Positions 39,560 to 49,284 of a DNA stretch of 64,000 bases are shown here, one piece after another. Below the pieces are notes generated by a model. It searched no databases. It saw only the letters and a list, made by a program, of their open reading frames with translations, and was not told the origin of the DNA. A program made the translations under genes and the position numbers. Numbering within the stretch: the first letter of the stretch is position 1; each line of letters starts with the position of its first letter. This stretch comes from Anaerolineae bacterium. Lineage in GTDB: Bacteria > Chloroflexota > Anaerolineae > UBA1429. The DNA is taken from positions 1,984,001-2,048,000 of the forward strand of contig OY776562.1 of NCBI GenBank assembly GCA_963675785.1, given 5' to 3'.

Positions 39560-40656
39560 GCCAGCCCCATTATGCGCTTGTGCTAATCGCTGCTCTAGCC
39601 TTTGCATTAACAGCCACGCCACTCTTTCGGCGCTTGGCCGTCAGGATAAATTTTGTAGACCAACCCAACGCCCGTAAACTGCATAATCAACCCATTCCAC
39701 TCATGGGGGGACTGGCCATTTACGGTGGCATTGCCATCGCCCTCTTTGTGTTCGGTGAGGCCTTTTATGTGCGCGAATTGGCTGGTATTGCCATCGGTGC
39801 AACGCTTTGCGCCGCCGTCGGCCTATGGGATGACCGCAATGGGATGCGTGCCAGTGTAAAGATGGCCTTTCAGTTGGGGGCAGCCATCATCCTGGTGGTT
39901 TCCGGCGTGCAGGTTCAGCTGTTTGCCTGGCAACCTCTCAACTGGCTGTTGACCATCCTCTGGACGGTGGGCATCACTAATGCGCTCAACTTGCTGGATA
40001 ATATGGATGGACTTTCCAGCAGCATTTGCATTGTCGCGGCCACTTACATGCTGCTGCTGGCTGCGCTCAGTGGTCAATACCTAGTTGGTCTGATGTGTGC
40101 TTCTCTGGTAGGCGCCTGCATAGGCTTTTTGGTGTACAATGCACCACCGGCTTCTATATTCATGGGCGATGCAGGCAGCCTGCTACTGGGCTTTATGCTC
40201 TCTGCAGCCGCCATTAAGCTGCGTTTCCCTGCCAATATAACTCTGGTTACCTGGATGATCCCCCTTTTCGTACTGGGCATCCCGATCTTTGATACGACCT
40301 TGGTGATCATCTCGCGCACCCGGCGAGGCCTAAACCCACTCACTCACCCAGGAAAAGATCATGTATCACATCGGCTAGTGCGTATGGGTTATACCAAACG
40401 TGAAGCCGTACTCAGTTTGTGCCTTGCAGGTGGTGCACTCGGCATAGCCGCGGTTTACATTAGCCAGGCGGCGCCACTAGAAGCCTACATCATCGGAGCA
40501 GTGGCTTTGGCCGCTGCTGTTTGGATGCTGTATCGCCTGCTCAAGCTAGACAATCAGAATACAGCAGTTTCAAAGACACCCGTCGGAGAAGGAAATGAGC
40601 AACAAGCGCGACAAGATGCAACGCCAGCGTCAGGTCAACAAAGCCCGCAAGGGTAA
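39556..40656 (+). CDS. WecA/TagO-like undecaprenyl-P GlcNAc-1-P transferase
   Basis: [39 protein letters not shown]. Confidence 0.92.
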   Translation: MSQPHYALVLIAALAFALTATPLFRRLAVRINFVDQPNARKLHNQPIPLMGGLAIYGGIAIALFVFGEAFYVRELAGIAIGATLCAAVGLWDDRNGMRASVKMAFQLGAAIILVVSGVQVQLFAWQPLNWLLTILWTVGITNALNLLDNMDGLSSSICIVAATYMLLLAALSGQYLVGLMCASLVGACIGFLVYNAPPASIFMGDAGSLLLGFMLSAAAIKLRFPANITLVTWMIPLFVLGIPIFDTTLVIISRTRRGLNPLTHPGKDHVSHRLVRMGYTKREAVLSLCLAGGALGIAAVYISQAAPLEAYIIGAVALAAAVWMLYRLLKLDNQNTAVSKTPVGEGNEQQARQDATPASGQQSPQG

Positions 40657-41398
40657 CAGCAGCACCAGTTCTCACAGAACCAACAAAAAGCCAGTGATTC
40701 AGGAAAAGAAAAAGGCTATCAGTGATTTGTGGATTGCCATTATCGTGGTGGCTATTCTGGTGACGGCTATGCTCTTGATTTATCATTATGCCAACAAAGA
40801 TTCGGATGCTTCTATCGTGGTGGAGACGCCGACGATTACCGGTACGGCGACACCGACGACAGAGGCTACGCAGGAGAGCGACGACGTGAGTTTGATGCAG
40901 TGGGACAGTGCTCCCGATATGATCATCGACACTTCCAAGGACTATCAGGCCATCATCAAAACGGCCAAGGGCGACATTACCATCGAATTAGCCGACGACC
41001 TAGCCCCCATCACGGTGAACAACTTTGTTTTCCTGGCACGGCAGGGCTATTACGACGGGGTTACCTTTCATAGAGTCATTGAGGGGTTCATGGCTCAAAC
41101 GGGTGATCCCACTGGCACTGGAACTGGCGGACCCGGCTATACCATTCCTGATGAGTTCAGCGACGAGCTGCGACATGACGCTGCTGGCATCGTCTCCATG
41201 GCTAACACAGGCTATGCCGACACTGGCGGAAGCCAATTCTTTATTACTTATTCTGCCCAATCTCACCTGGATGATGTACACTCTGTCTTTGGACATGTCA
41301 TTGACGGCATGGATGTGCTGGAAAGCCTGACTTTACGTGTCCCCGGTGATGAGATTCAAGGGGATGTAATCGAAACCATCGAGATCATCGAAAGCTAG
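40595..41398 (+). CDS. Membrane-anchored cyclophilin-type peptidyl-prolyl isomerase
   Basis: TM anchor, Thr-rich linker, [22 protein letters not shown]. Confidence 0.93.
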   Translation: MSNKRDKMQRQRQVNKARKGNSSTSSHRTNKKPVIQEKKKAISDLWIAIIVVAILVTAMLLIYHYANKDSDASIVVETPTITGTATPTTEATQESDDVSLMQWDSAPDMIIDTSKDYQAIIKTAKGDITIELADDLAPITVNNFVFLARQGYYDGVTFHRVIEGFMAQTGDPTGTGTGGPGYTIPDEFSDELRHDAAGIVSMANTGYADTGGSQFFITYSAQSHLDDVHSVFGHVIDGMDVLESLTLRVPGDEIQGDVIETIEIIES

Positions 41399-41401
41399 TT
41401 G

Positions 41402-41971
41402 ATGACTGAGGCCGAGCCCCGGCAGGGCTTTTGGAAGCACTATGGAACGCGCATTCTGGCGATCGCGTTCTCGGTAGCAATAACCGTCGTAGTTGTGCTG
41501 AATGCTGATCGTATGCAAGAGATGCAGCGATTGGGCTACTTGGGCGTGTTTATTGTTGCCCTGGCTGGTAATGCGACCGTAGTGCTGCCTGTGCCCAGCA
41601 TGGCTATGACCTTTGCCAGCGGTTCGGTGTTGAATCCCTGGTTAGTGGGGGTAGTAGCCGGCCTGGGGGAGCCCCTTGGTGAACTGACGGGGTATTTGGC
41701 CGGTTATGGTGGAAGCGCCATCATCGAAGAAAGTGCTCGGTATCAGCGCATCAAAGCAAGCCTGGAAAAGCACGCCTTTTTGACACTGTTCATTCTCTCA
41801 GCCATTCCTAATCCTTTGTTCGATCTGGCAGGCATGGCTGCAGGCGTACTGCATTATCCGGTGTACAAGTTCCTCATAGCTTGTTGGTTGGGTAAAACGC
41901 TCAAGGCCTTGACTGTAGCTTTTATCGGCTCTATCTCATTGGGGGCAGTCCAACAGATCTTTGGCCTTTAG
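41402..41971 (+). CDS. VTT/DedA-superfamily membrane protein
   Basis: LPVP, GELTGYLAGYGG, IPNPLFDLAG, GKTLK. Confidence 0.85.
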   Translation: MTEAEPRQGFWKHYGTRILAIAFSVAITVVVVLNADRMQEMQRLGYLGVFIVALAGNATVVLPVPSMAMTFASGSVLNPWLVGVVAGLGEPLGELTGYLAGYGGSAIIEESARYQRIKASLEKHAFLTLFILSAIPNPLFDLAGMAAGVLHYPVYKFLIACWLGKTLKALTVAFIGSISLGAVQQIFGL

Positions 41972-41983
41972 CAGGAATCAAAC

Positions 41984-42032
41984 AAAAAGCAGGGAAGGAT
42001 GCAAGAGCATTAGATCCTTCCCTGCTTTTTTT
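41984..42032. terminator. Bidirectional terminator
   Basis: AAAAAGCAGGGAAGGAT...ATCCTTCCCTGCTTTTTTT. Confidence 0.8.
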
Positions 42033-42070
42033 GCCAAACCAAAGTCAACCGGATTTTGGTTGGAATCCCT

Positions 42071-43423
42071 TCAACCCTGAAGCACTGCCGAAGCGATAGA
42101 AAAATAGATCAAGAGGCCTGTGGCGTCTACCACAGTGCTCATCAACGGGCCGGAAACCAAGGCAGCATCAATGCCGACACGAACGGCCAAAAGCGGCAGC
42201 AGCGTTCCTGCAAATTCGGACCAAACCACGATGCAGAGCATGGCCAACCCCACCACCAGCGCCACTTCGATGCCACTATTCCACAGGGCGAGGGCAACCA
42301 AAAATCCGCCCAGGGCCAGCAACAATCCAAGAAGCAGCGAAGTACGCAACTCTCGCCATAGAACTGCCAGTGCATCACGTGTGTGAATATCGCCAACAGC
42401 CAGAGCACGAATGATGGTTGCAGTAGTCTGCGAGCCAACATTGCCACCGGTGCCAGTGAGCAGCGGCACAAAAACGCTGAGAATGATCACACTGTTTAGC
42501 AGCTCTGAGAATCTGCTCATAACGGTACCCGTTAGCGTGCCGGTTACAAAAAGGAGCAACAACCAGCCGATTCGCTTGCCCACCGAGCTGAGAATCGTCG
42601 TATCCAGATAAGGGCGCCCCAAAGGTACGCTACCGCCAAAGCGCTGCACGTCCTCCGTCGCTTCGTCTTCTAGCACATCAACCAGGTCATCGACGGTGAT
42701 AACACCTACAAGGTGATGTTCTGCATCCACAACCGGCACGACACTCAAGTCATAGCGCGCCATCAGACGGGCCACATCCTCCTGTGGCGTATCCGTAGTG
42801 GTAAAAAGCACATCGGTATCCATGATGGAGCGCATGGTATCGTGGCTTTCGGCACGGATGAGATCAAGAGCGCTTACCGAGCCAAGAAGCCGGCCCTCTG
42901 CGCCAATAACGAAAAAATATGAAAACTCGGGACCGCGTGGTTCCCAGGCTCGTACAAGAGCCGGTGCTTCTCGGGCCTGCATACCCGCCGGAAAAGCAAG
43001 GAACTCGGTCGTCATCAGACCGCCGGAGGTGTCATCTTCGTGTTCAAGCAGCGATTCGACTTCGGCTGAATCTTGCATGACGTCCAAAGTAGCCTGGGCC
43101 ATTTCGGGAGACAGATCGTTCAAAAGGTCTGCCGCCTCATCGGGCTCCATCTCGTCCAAAATTCCGGCAAGATCGCCAGCATTCAGACGCGTCGCTACTA
43201 TAGCCGCATCCTCATCCTCCAGTTCCTGAAGGATGTCGGCAGCAGATTCGACATCAAGCTCGGGCAGCAATGCATCCTGCTGTTCGGGCAGCAGGTCTTC
43301 AAAGACATCCGCCTGGTCGGGCGGCAAAAGGGATTCGATGATTTCGATGGCACTGGTGACGTCGTCACGCTCAAGAAGCTCGCGGACACGCATCAAGGTG
43401 CGATCAAGAGTACGGGACTCCAT
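42071..43423 (-). CDS. mgtE: Magnesium transporter MgtE
   Basis: Acidic N-domain, CBS pair, GTGGNVGSQ, SGPLMSTVVDATG; ATG after AAAGGAGG. Confidence 0.96.
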   Translation of the reverse strand: MESRTLDRTLMRVRELLERDDVTSAIEIIESLLPPDQADVFEDLLPEQQDALLPELDVESAADILQELEDEDAAIVATRLNAGDLAGILDEMEPDEAADLLNDLSPEMAQATLDVMQDSAEVESLLEHEDDTSGGLMTTEFLAFPAGMQAREAPALVRAWEPRGPEFSYFFVIGAEGRLLGSVSALDLIRAESHDTMRSIMDTDVLFTTTDTPQEDVARLMARYDLSVVPVVDAEHHLVGVITVDDLVDVLEDEATEDVQRFGGSVPLGRPYLDTTILSSVGKRIGWLLLLFVTGTLTGTVMSRFSELLNSVIILSVFVPLLTGTGGNVGSQTTATIIRALAVGDIHTRDALAVLWRELRTSLLLGLLLALGGFLVALALWNSGIEVALVVGLAMLCIVVWSEFAGTLLPLLAVRVGIDAALVSGPLMSTVVDATGLLIYFSIASAVLQG

Positions 43424-43488
43424 ATGGCCTCCTTTGCAGAGCAGCAGATTGGCTTGCCAATACCGCTCCACACCAGAAGGCTGGCCTG

Positions 43489-43611
43489 TTAAAGGCCGAG
43501 GCAACTCCTATGGGGTGAGGTGGGGTAAGGGGTCAAGACCAACTCTGCACAACCCTGACGATAGCTAGGACTCGGTATCGGTATGTCAGGTTGTGATGAG
43601 GGGTCTTCCAT
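43489..43611 (-). CDS. Putative proline-rich leader peptide (MgtL-like), 40 aa
   Basis: MEDPSSQPDIPIPSPSYRQGCAELVLTPYPTSPHRSCLGL*; 8 Pro; RBS AAGAGGT; ends 65 nt before mgtE. Confidence 0.5.
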   Translation of the reverse strand: MEDPSSQPDIPIPSPSYRQGCAELVLTPYPTSPHRSCLGL

Positions 43612-43692
43612 GTTATCTACCTCTTCCAATAGATGCAGGTGATGGGTTGACTGCATCGCAATCGAATAATTCGCGCTGGTGCTCGTAAGCTC

Positions 43693-44175
43693 TTACTTGA
43701 GAGACGAAAGACGTCGCTGCACTTCATCCAGCTGTTGCTCAAGGGCTTCTGCCTCTTCGTGCAAACGTCCAACAGCATCATGCTCGCAACCACCCTCGGC
43801 GGGCGTTTCAGCATCATGATCATGACCCGCGCACGCTTCAACCCCATCGAGCTTGCCACCTAAAAACTGCTCGACTGACTGTTGAACCGTACCCATAGCG
43901 CCAGTCACGGGCTTGATGCCAAACTGCTCAAAAAACTCTACCGCACGAGCGCCCATGCCGCCGGACAACATTACGTCCGCACCCAAAGAGTTGATAAATT
44001 GCGGCACCTGGCCTGGTTGATGCGATGTATAGAATGGATTATCTACTGTTTTGACGGCCTCAACTGTACCGCCTTCAGAGACATCCACGAGCACAAAGAA
44101 AGGGCAACGCCCAAAATGGGGCGCTACAACCGAGATCAATCCATTATTGTTATCAGCCGATACAGCAATACGCAT
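43693..44175 (-). CDS. NifB/NifX family (dinitrogenase FeMo-cofactor-binding-like) protein
   Basis: MRIAVSA, HFGRCPFF, GGMG. Confidence 0.88.
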   Translation of the reverse strand: MRIAVSADNNNGLISVVAPHFGRCPFFVLVDVSEGGTVEAVKTVDNPFYTSHQPGQVPQFINSLGADVMLSGGMGARAVEFFEQFGIKPVTGAMGTVQQSVEQFLGGKLDGVEACAGHDHDAETPAEGGCEHDAVGRLHEEAEALEQQLDEVQRRLSSLK

Positions 44176-44177
44176 GG

Positions 44178-44663
44178 CTATTGCTCCCTCTCTAGTTCGC
44201 TTATGCGGACCATAATTGCCGCCAATCGCTTTCGAAGTTCTGCGGCTTCACGAGCCAGACTGGCGATCTCTTCTTCTCTGGTCTTTTGTGCAACAGCTAC
44301 AGAAGGGCCTGCGTGCGATCCAACCGTCGCATCGGCCACGGCAACAGCCTTTTTACTCAGGACCTGCGCCACAGCCTCACGAATAGTGCCGCTCTTGATC
44401 TGATATACAGCAATACCCGCAGCCGAAAGCACTTCCATCGCGTTGGGGCCTACGTTGCCCGTAATAACAGCCTCTGCGCCACGCTCTACAATGAACTGCG
44501 CACTTTGGATACCGGCCCCACCACTGGCCCCCGCCGAAGCATTCTCTGCCGCCTCGATTGCCATCGTCTCCGTATCAACAAAAACGAGATTCGGGCACCG
44601 CCCAAACATCGGACTGATGGGGTCATCCAACTGAGACCCTTTGGCCGAGACAGCTATAAGCAC
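44178..44663 (-). CDS. NifB/NifX family protein with C-terminal coiled coil
   Basis: FGRCP, GAGIQSAQ, ITGNVGPNA. Confidence 0.88.
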   Translation of the reverse strand: MLIAVSAKGSQLDDPISPMFGRCPNLVFVDTETMAIEAAENASAGASGGAGIQSAQFIVERGAEAVITGNVGPNAMEVLSAAGIAVYQIKSGTIREAVAQVLSKKAVAVADATVGSHAGPSVAVAQKTREEEIASLAREAAELRKRLAAIMVRISELEREQ

Positions 44664-44736
44664 GGCGTACGCTCCCCTCTATTGATGCGTAAAAGTAACC
44701 TTAGCCGGAACATCCTAACACCGCCAGCAGGCCCTG

Positions 44737-45732
44737 TCAACTGTCTTCCGCAGCACCGGCAAGACCTGCCACACAAGCTTGCTCGATTATGTCGAGAAGA
44801 TGGAGCATCACCTCTAGATCGACCGGCTCTAGTAGCTGATTGCGCCATTCGGTAGCCTTATGCAGGCCCCGCACATAACGCACCAGGTGTTTACGAAACT
44901 GAATGATGCCTCGCTGCTCACCATCAATGGCAACCATCTCCAGCAAATGCCGTCGGATCATAGCAAAGCGTTGCTCTAGCGGCACGTTCTCAATATCGAC
45001 GCGGGCGAATATCCAGGGGTTCCCCACAGCGCCACGACCGATCATCACACCCTGACAGCCAGTAACCTCATAAATGGCATCGATGTCGGCGACACTGCGC
45101 ACATCGCCATTGGCGACTATGGGAATCTGCACCGCTTTAACCACGCGAGCAATAGCCTGCCAATCGGCCTGACCACTGTATGCCTGTTCTTTGGTGCGAC
45201 CGTGTACAGCTACCATGGCCGCACCGTTATCCTCCAGAACTCGAGCAGCCTCAACATGAACAAGGGACTCGGCATCCCAGCCCAGGCGAATCTTGGCCGT
45301 AACCGGCACCGACAGCGATGAGGTCAGGGCGTTCATGATGACACCTATGTGGTCTAGTTCTTTCAGGAGAGCGGCGCCGCGGCCTCCCCCGGCAACACGG
45401 CGTGCAGGGCAGCCCATGTTTATGTCGATGAAATTGGGGTGTGCATAGGCGATAACTGCCTCAGCTGCACGCAAGAGTTGTTCTGGCTCGCGGCCCAACA
45501 GTTGAACCGATAGTGGGCGTTCTTCTTCTGTATAGGCGAACAGCGGCTGGCCGCGTTCGACCATGTGAACCAGCCCCTCATCAGAAAGAAGCTCAGTATA
45601 GCTGATAGCCGAACCCTGCTCGCGGCAGATGCGCCGAAAGGGAGCATCCGAGTACCCGGCCATGGGGGCCAGGATCAGATCGCCATCCAGCTCTTTGTCC
45701 GCAATTGTCAGAGGAGGGTGTGAACCCTGCAT
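44737..45732 (-). CDS. dusB: tRNA-dihydrouridine synthase
   Basis: LAPMAG, DINMGCP, VHGRT, ANGDV, MIGRG. Confidence 0.9.
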   Translation of the reverse strand: MQGSHPPLTIADKELDGDLILAPMAGYSDAPFRRICREQGSAISYTELLSDEGLVHMVERGQPLFAYTEEERPLSVQLLGREPEQLLRAAEAVIAYAHPNFIDINMGCPARRVAGGGRGAALLKELDHIGVIMNALTSSLSVPVTAKIRLGWDAESLVHVEAARVLEDNGAAMVAVHGRTKEQAYSGQADWQAIARVVKAVQIPIVANGDVRSVADIDAIYEVTGCQGVMIGRGAVGNPWIFARVDIENVPLEQRFAMIRRHLLEMVAIDGEQRGIIQFRKHLVRYVRGLHKATEWRNQLLEPVDLEVMLHLLDIIEQACVAGLAGAAEDS

Positions 45733-46866
45733 TTAACGCACCGTTCTCTTGCCACCACCCTGCTCCCAGCTAGCAAGCAAGGCCTGGACTTCTTCTCGGG
45801 TCACCACAGGCAGATCGAACATCATGGTCTGCTTGAGGCAGCTAGCTGCATCGCCCACCAGAACACCCTTTTGCAAGGCTGCTGCAGCACCAGTTTCTGT
45901 GAGCAAACCATAATAAAAGCCGGCATTCCAGGCATCGCCGCCACCCAGACGGTCCAATAAGGTGATGCTACGCACGGCAGGCGAGCGATAAAAATGCCCC
46001 TCGGCATCCATGGCCGCAGATTCCCAACGATGCTGCTCAAAACTATCAGGGTAGCGCAGCGTAAGTGCTACCAAACGCAGGCCAAAACGCTGCAACAGCC
46101 CGCGCATAAACACTTGCAAGTCATCATCAGACACAGGCCCCAGATCACCGTTCACAATCGCCTGGGGGCTATACTGGCCAATGCCAATATCGTACAAGCC
46201 GGCGATGTTGACGATACTGGTGATAAGAATGTCTACCTGCTCCTCCAGGATTGGCGTCATCACCGCCAACGCTTCCTGTTTGCCCCACAGGGTAGAGCGA
46301 TAGTTATAATCCAAGCCGACCAAACAATCCGTGGGGCGAGCCACCATAGCCTCATTAAAGGCTTCGAGCAGATAATTGCGGGCATAACCGCTGTGGCGGG
46401 CCAAACCAAAGGAGATGCCAGATGTGTGAAAGAGCCGGCAGCCTGCTAGCGCTTGTTCCCAGTCCACCATGCCAGCACCGAGCTTGCTGGCCGCCGAGTG
46501 CATTCGCTGATACCAGCCCGCACCAGGGCGCGGCGTACGGCCCAATTCATACAAAAACCGCCCGATGGGCTCTGTTTGAGGGGCCCAACAAAAATGCTCC
46601 GTGTTGACGCCCATAGAACGGGCAATATCCCGTACCTGCCAGCCATAGGGATTATCGGGTACGCGCGTGATAAAGGAAGAAGACAGCCCCAGACGCTGCA
46701 GAGCAATAGCCAAAGAGTATTCACTGCCTGCTAAAGAGACATCCACTCGCCGCGTACGCTCCAAACGCTCGCCATCAGCGGGCGTATCCCGTACCATCAC
46801 TTCGCCAAAGGTGACAAAGGCGTTTGCACCCAACGCCTCAGGAGTATCTGCTAGGATATCGAACAT
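45733..46866 (-). CDS. PfkB family sugar kinase (KdgK-like)
   Basis: FGEVM, AGSEY, DYNYRSTLW, DRLGGGDAWNAG. Confidence 0.88.
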   Translation of the reverse strand: MFDILADTPEALGANAFVTFGEVMVRDTPADGERLERTRRVDVSLAGSEYSLAIALQRLGLSSSFITRVPDNPYGWQVRDIARSMGVNTEHFCWAPQTEPIGRFLYELGRTPRPGAGWYQRMHSAASKLGAGMVDWEQALAGCRLFHTSGISFGLARHSGYARNYLLEAFNEAMVARPTDCLVGLDYNYRSTLWGKQEALAVMTPILEEQVDILITSIVNIAGLYDIGIGQYSPQAIVNGDLGPVSDDDLQVFMRGLLQRFGLRLVALTLRYPDSFEQHRWESAAMDAEGHFYRSPAVRSITLLDRLGGGDAWNAGFYYGLLTETGAAAALQKGVLVGDAASCLKQTMMFDLPVVTREEVQALLASWEQGGGKRTVR

Positions 46867-46905
46867 GCACTTCCTCCTTCATCTATCCGGGTTCTTCTTA
46901 TTTGC

Positions 46906-46965
46906 CGGATACAAAACAATCCGGACGGATACAAAACAATCCGGGCGGATAAAAAACAATCCGGA
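46906..46965. repeat. 3 x 20-bp tandem repeat, each unit an inverted repeat
   Basis: CGGATACAAAACAATCCGGA / CGGATACAAAACAATCCGGG / CGGATAAAAAACAATCCGGA. Confidence 0.9.
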
Positions 46966-46970
46966 TGATG

Positions 46971-47003
46971 AAAAGCACCGCACGACCAAGGCCGTGCGGT
47001 GCT
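46971..47003 (-). terminator. Terminator of the nfeD-flotillin unit
   Basis: GCACCGCACG-loop-CGTGCGGTGC with minus-strand TTTT. Confidence 0.75.
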
Positions 47004-47020
47004 GCGATGCGAACTAACGA

Positions 47021-48526
47021 TCATTCAGCCTTGCTGGTTGACATCTCTCCAGCGTCGGTCTGCGTGTCTGCGGCACTGGCAGGCTTATCTTCCGTAGAAG
47101 CATCCTTTGCCAAAACCTGGCTTGATTCAGACTCGATGTTCCCCAAATACTCGGGGAGCTCAAGCCCTGCCATTTTGGCTACTTCGTGCATGGGAGGCAG
47201 CACGCCAACCAGGCGTCGTCCAAGGCCAGAAAGTCCTCCTTCATCAGAACCCGAATCCCAAACCATGACCTTTTCGATGGGCAGGTCTTTGATGGCCTGA
47301 GCCTGAACGCCAGCCACCTCAGCGAGCTTTTCGATGACCAGGAAGGTCGATGCGGCCTGAGAACCACCGCAGGCGTTCACAAGCTGCTTGTATCCATCAG
47401 CCTTGGCGTCCAGAATTGCCTGGGTGCCCTCAGCCTCGGCGAACATCTTGGCCTTGACGGCGTTGGCAGCACCTGTAGCGACCAATTCCTGGCGCTGCTT
47501 TTCGGCTTGTGCTGCAATCGTAACCTGTTCGAGGTTTGCCTGAGCAGGCACAATCACTTCGGCCTTTAAGCGTGCATTCTCGCGCTCGGCACGGGCGATT
47601 TCAGCGTTACGCTGGGCATTCTCTTCTGCCACACGGATGGCACCATCAGCCACGCGAGAAGCCTCTTGCGCCAGGCGTCGCGCCTCTTGCTGAATGACTT
47701 CTTTATCGGCCGTGTACTGGGCCTTTTTAGCATCGTTTTGCGTTTCGGTTTGAACAGCCTGAGCATCCAGGTCAGCAAGTTGCTGACGGCGATCTCGCTC
47801 GGCCTCTTTTTCGCCGATCTCGGCAGCAGCCTCAGCGGCGGCAACAGACCGACGACGGTCACGCACGCGCTCAGCAACACCCGTCTGACCCGTCTTTTCC
47901 TGCTCTGCCACATCAATCAAAGCCTGGTTGATGGCCTCAGCGGCAGCCTTACGGCCGATAGCCTGGATGTAGCCGCTCTCATCCGAAATATCTCGAACGT
48001 TGACGTTGATAACCGAAAGGCCGACTTTTTCCAATTCGCCAGAAAGCGCTTCATTGACGCGCTCCATAAAGGCCAGTCGGTCACGGTTGATCTCTTCAAT
48101 CGCCATGGTAGCAATGACGGCACGCATCTGACCAAGGATGATGTCCTCGGCCTGACTCTGAATCTGCTCTTTGCTCAGGCCCAACAGGCGCACTGCGGCA
48201 TTGGCCATCAGCGCCGGATCGGTCGAAATAGCAGTTGTGACCGTGGTGGGCACAGAAACACGAATGTTTTCGATGCTCAGTGCGTTATCGAGCTCGATGG
48301 GCACTGCAAAGGGCTCAAGGCTCAGATACGCATAATCCTGGATGAGCGGCCACACGAACGCCGCGCCACCGTGGATCGTCTTGGCAACGCCCCGATTTGT
48401 TTTACCATAGACTACCAGTATCCGGTTAGACGGACACCTCCTAAAGCGCCGCGCCAGCGTGAGGAACAACGCCAGCACAATGAGTGCCAGGATAAAAGCC
48501 AAAATTACAGCTTGACTACCGTCCAT
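47021..48526 (-). CDS. Flotillin/SPFH domain protein
   Basis: N-terminal TM, IHGGAAFVWPLIQ, EEINRDR, AEA-rich coiled coil. Confidence 0.93.
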   Translation of the reverse strand: MDGSQAVILAFILALIVLALFLTLARRFRRCPSNRILVVYGKTNRGVAKTIHGGAAFVWPLIQDYAYLSLEPFAVPIELDNALSIENIRVSVPTTVTTAISTDPALMANAAVRLLGLSKEQIQSQAEDIILGQMRAVIATMAIEEINRDRLAFMERVNEALSGELEKVGLSVINVNVRDISDESGYIQAIGRKAAAEAINQALIDVAEQEKTGQTGVAERVRDRRRSVAAAEAAAEIGEKEAERDRRQQLADLDAQAVQTETQNDAKKAQYTADKEVIQQEARRLAQEASRVADGAIRVAEENAQRNAEIARAERENARLKAEVIVPAQANLEQVTIAAQAEKQRQELVATGAANAVKAKMFAEAEGTQAILDAKADGYKQLVNACGGSQAASTFLVIEKLAEVAGVQAQAIKDLPIEKVMVWDSGSDEGGLSGLGRRLVGVLPPMHEVAKMAGLELPEYLGNIESESSQVLAKDASTEDKPASAADTQTDAGEMSTSKAE

Positions 48527-49247
48527 TCTGAACTCCTTTATTTGCTTCAATGTCGCCAGCCAAAGAGACGGATAGAACCCCATCACTACTGACGCTACGA
48601 ACAATGACCTCTTGCCCCGCTACAAGCTCGCTCCCCTCGGCGGATCTCGCCCGAAGATACGAAAGCCGATCGTCGGCAAGAACTCGCACTTGCCCAGTGC
48701 CTTCCGCAGGTATACGAATGTACACCGTAGCCGTTTTCCCAATCGTCGATGATAGCTTTAGATTTCCTTCTTCGGTCAGCTTGGGCAAGAGCCAGAAAAA
48801 ACCAGCCACAATCAGCATACCAGCCAAGCCCCAAGCCAGGGCGATCAACAAACTATTTGCGATGCTAGCGTTATCTTGCAGGTACAGGGCCCCAGCCCAG
48901 CTAAAAAGCGTGCCAAAGGCAAGTACCGAACGCACAGACAGTAAACGGAAAGTAGCCAAACCACCGCTATCTTCGACAAGGTTGCCATCTGCTGTGCCGG
49001 CGTCCCCATGAATGTCACCGTGGATATCGCCATGGATATCCATGTGCAAATCCACATGAGACAAATCCACATCGCCACCCATATCAACATCCATGCCGCC
49101 AGTGCCTGCGTCCAGGTCGGCATCTCCTGCGCCGCCCAACCCAATGATCGAGGCGATGAGTTGCCAGCCAAAGAGCACGCTGAAGAATACAGCGCCACCC
49201 CAGAAAATCTGATTCAAAAGCGAAAGATCATTCCACCAGGCAGCCAT
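48516..49247 (-). CDS. NfeD-like flotillin partner
   Basis: TMs with Asp/His-rich loop; IGKTATVYIRIP..GTGQV OB fold; directly upstream of flotillin. Confidence 0.85.
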   Translation of the reverse strand: MAAWWNDLSLLNQIFWGGAVFFSVLFGWQLIASIIGLGGAGDADLDAGTGGMDVDMGGDVDLSHVDLHMDIHGDIHGDIHGDAGTADGNLVEDSGGLATFRLLSVRSVLAFGTLFSWAGALYLQDNASIANSLLIALAWGLAGMLIVAGFFWLLPKLTEEGNLKLSSTIGKTATVYIRIPAEGTGQVRVLADDRLSYLRARSAEGSELVAGQEVIVRSVSSDGVLSVSLAGDIEANKGVQNGR

Positions 49248-49284
49248 GAAATCTCCTTATCTGCCGCAACAAATACACAAACTA

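Noticed and set aside
40595-40656. 62-nt overlap of wecA and cyclophilin as a programmed frameshift
   Set aside because: Both overlapping tails are low-complexity, each gene is complete, and no slippery site is evident
43424-43690. M-box (ykoK) riboswitch before mgtE
   Set aside because: Conserved M-box segments are not recognisable by eye; an Rfam scan is needed to exclude it formally
46906-46965. Possible CRISPR array
   Set aside because: Units are contiguous with no unique spacers, too short, and no cas genes are present
47666-48592. Long antisense or alternate-frame ORFs (47666-48592, 31039-32127, 19506-20522, 25978-26622)
   Set aside because: Shadow ORFs of well-supported genes, typical of GC-rich codon usage
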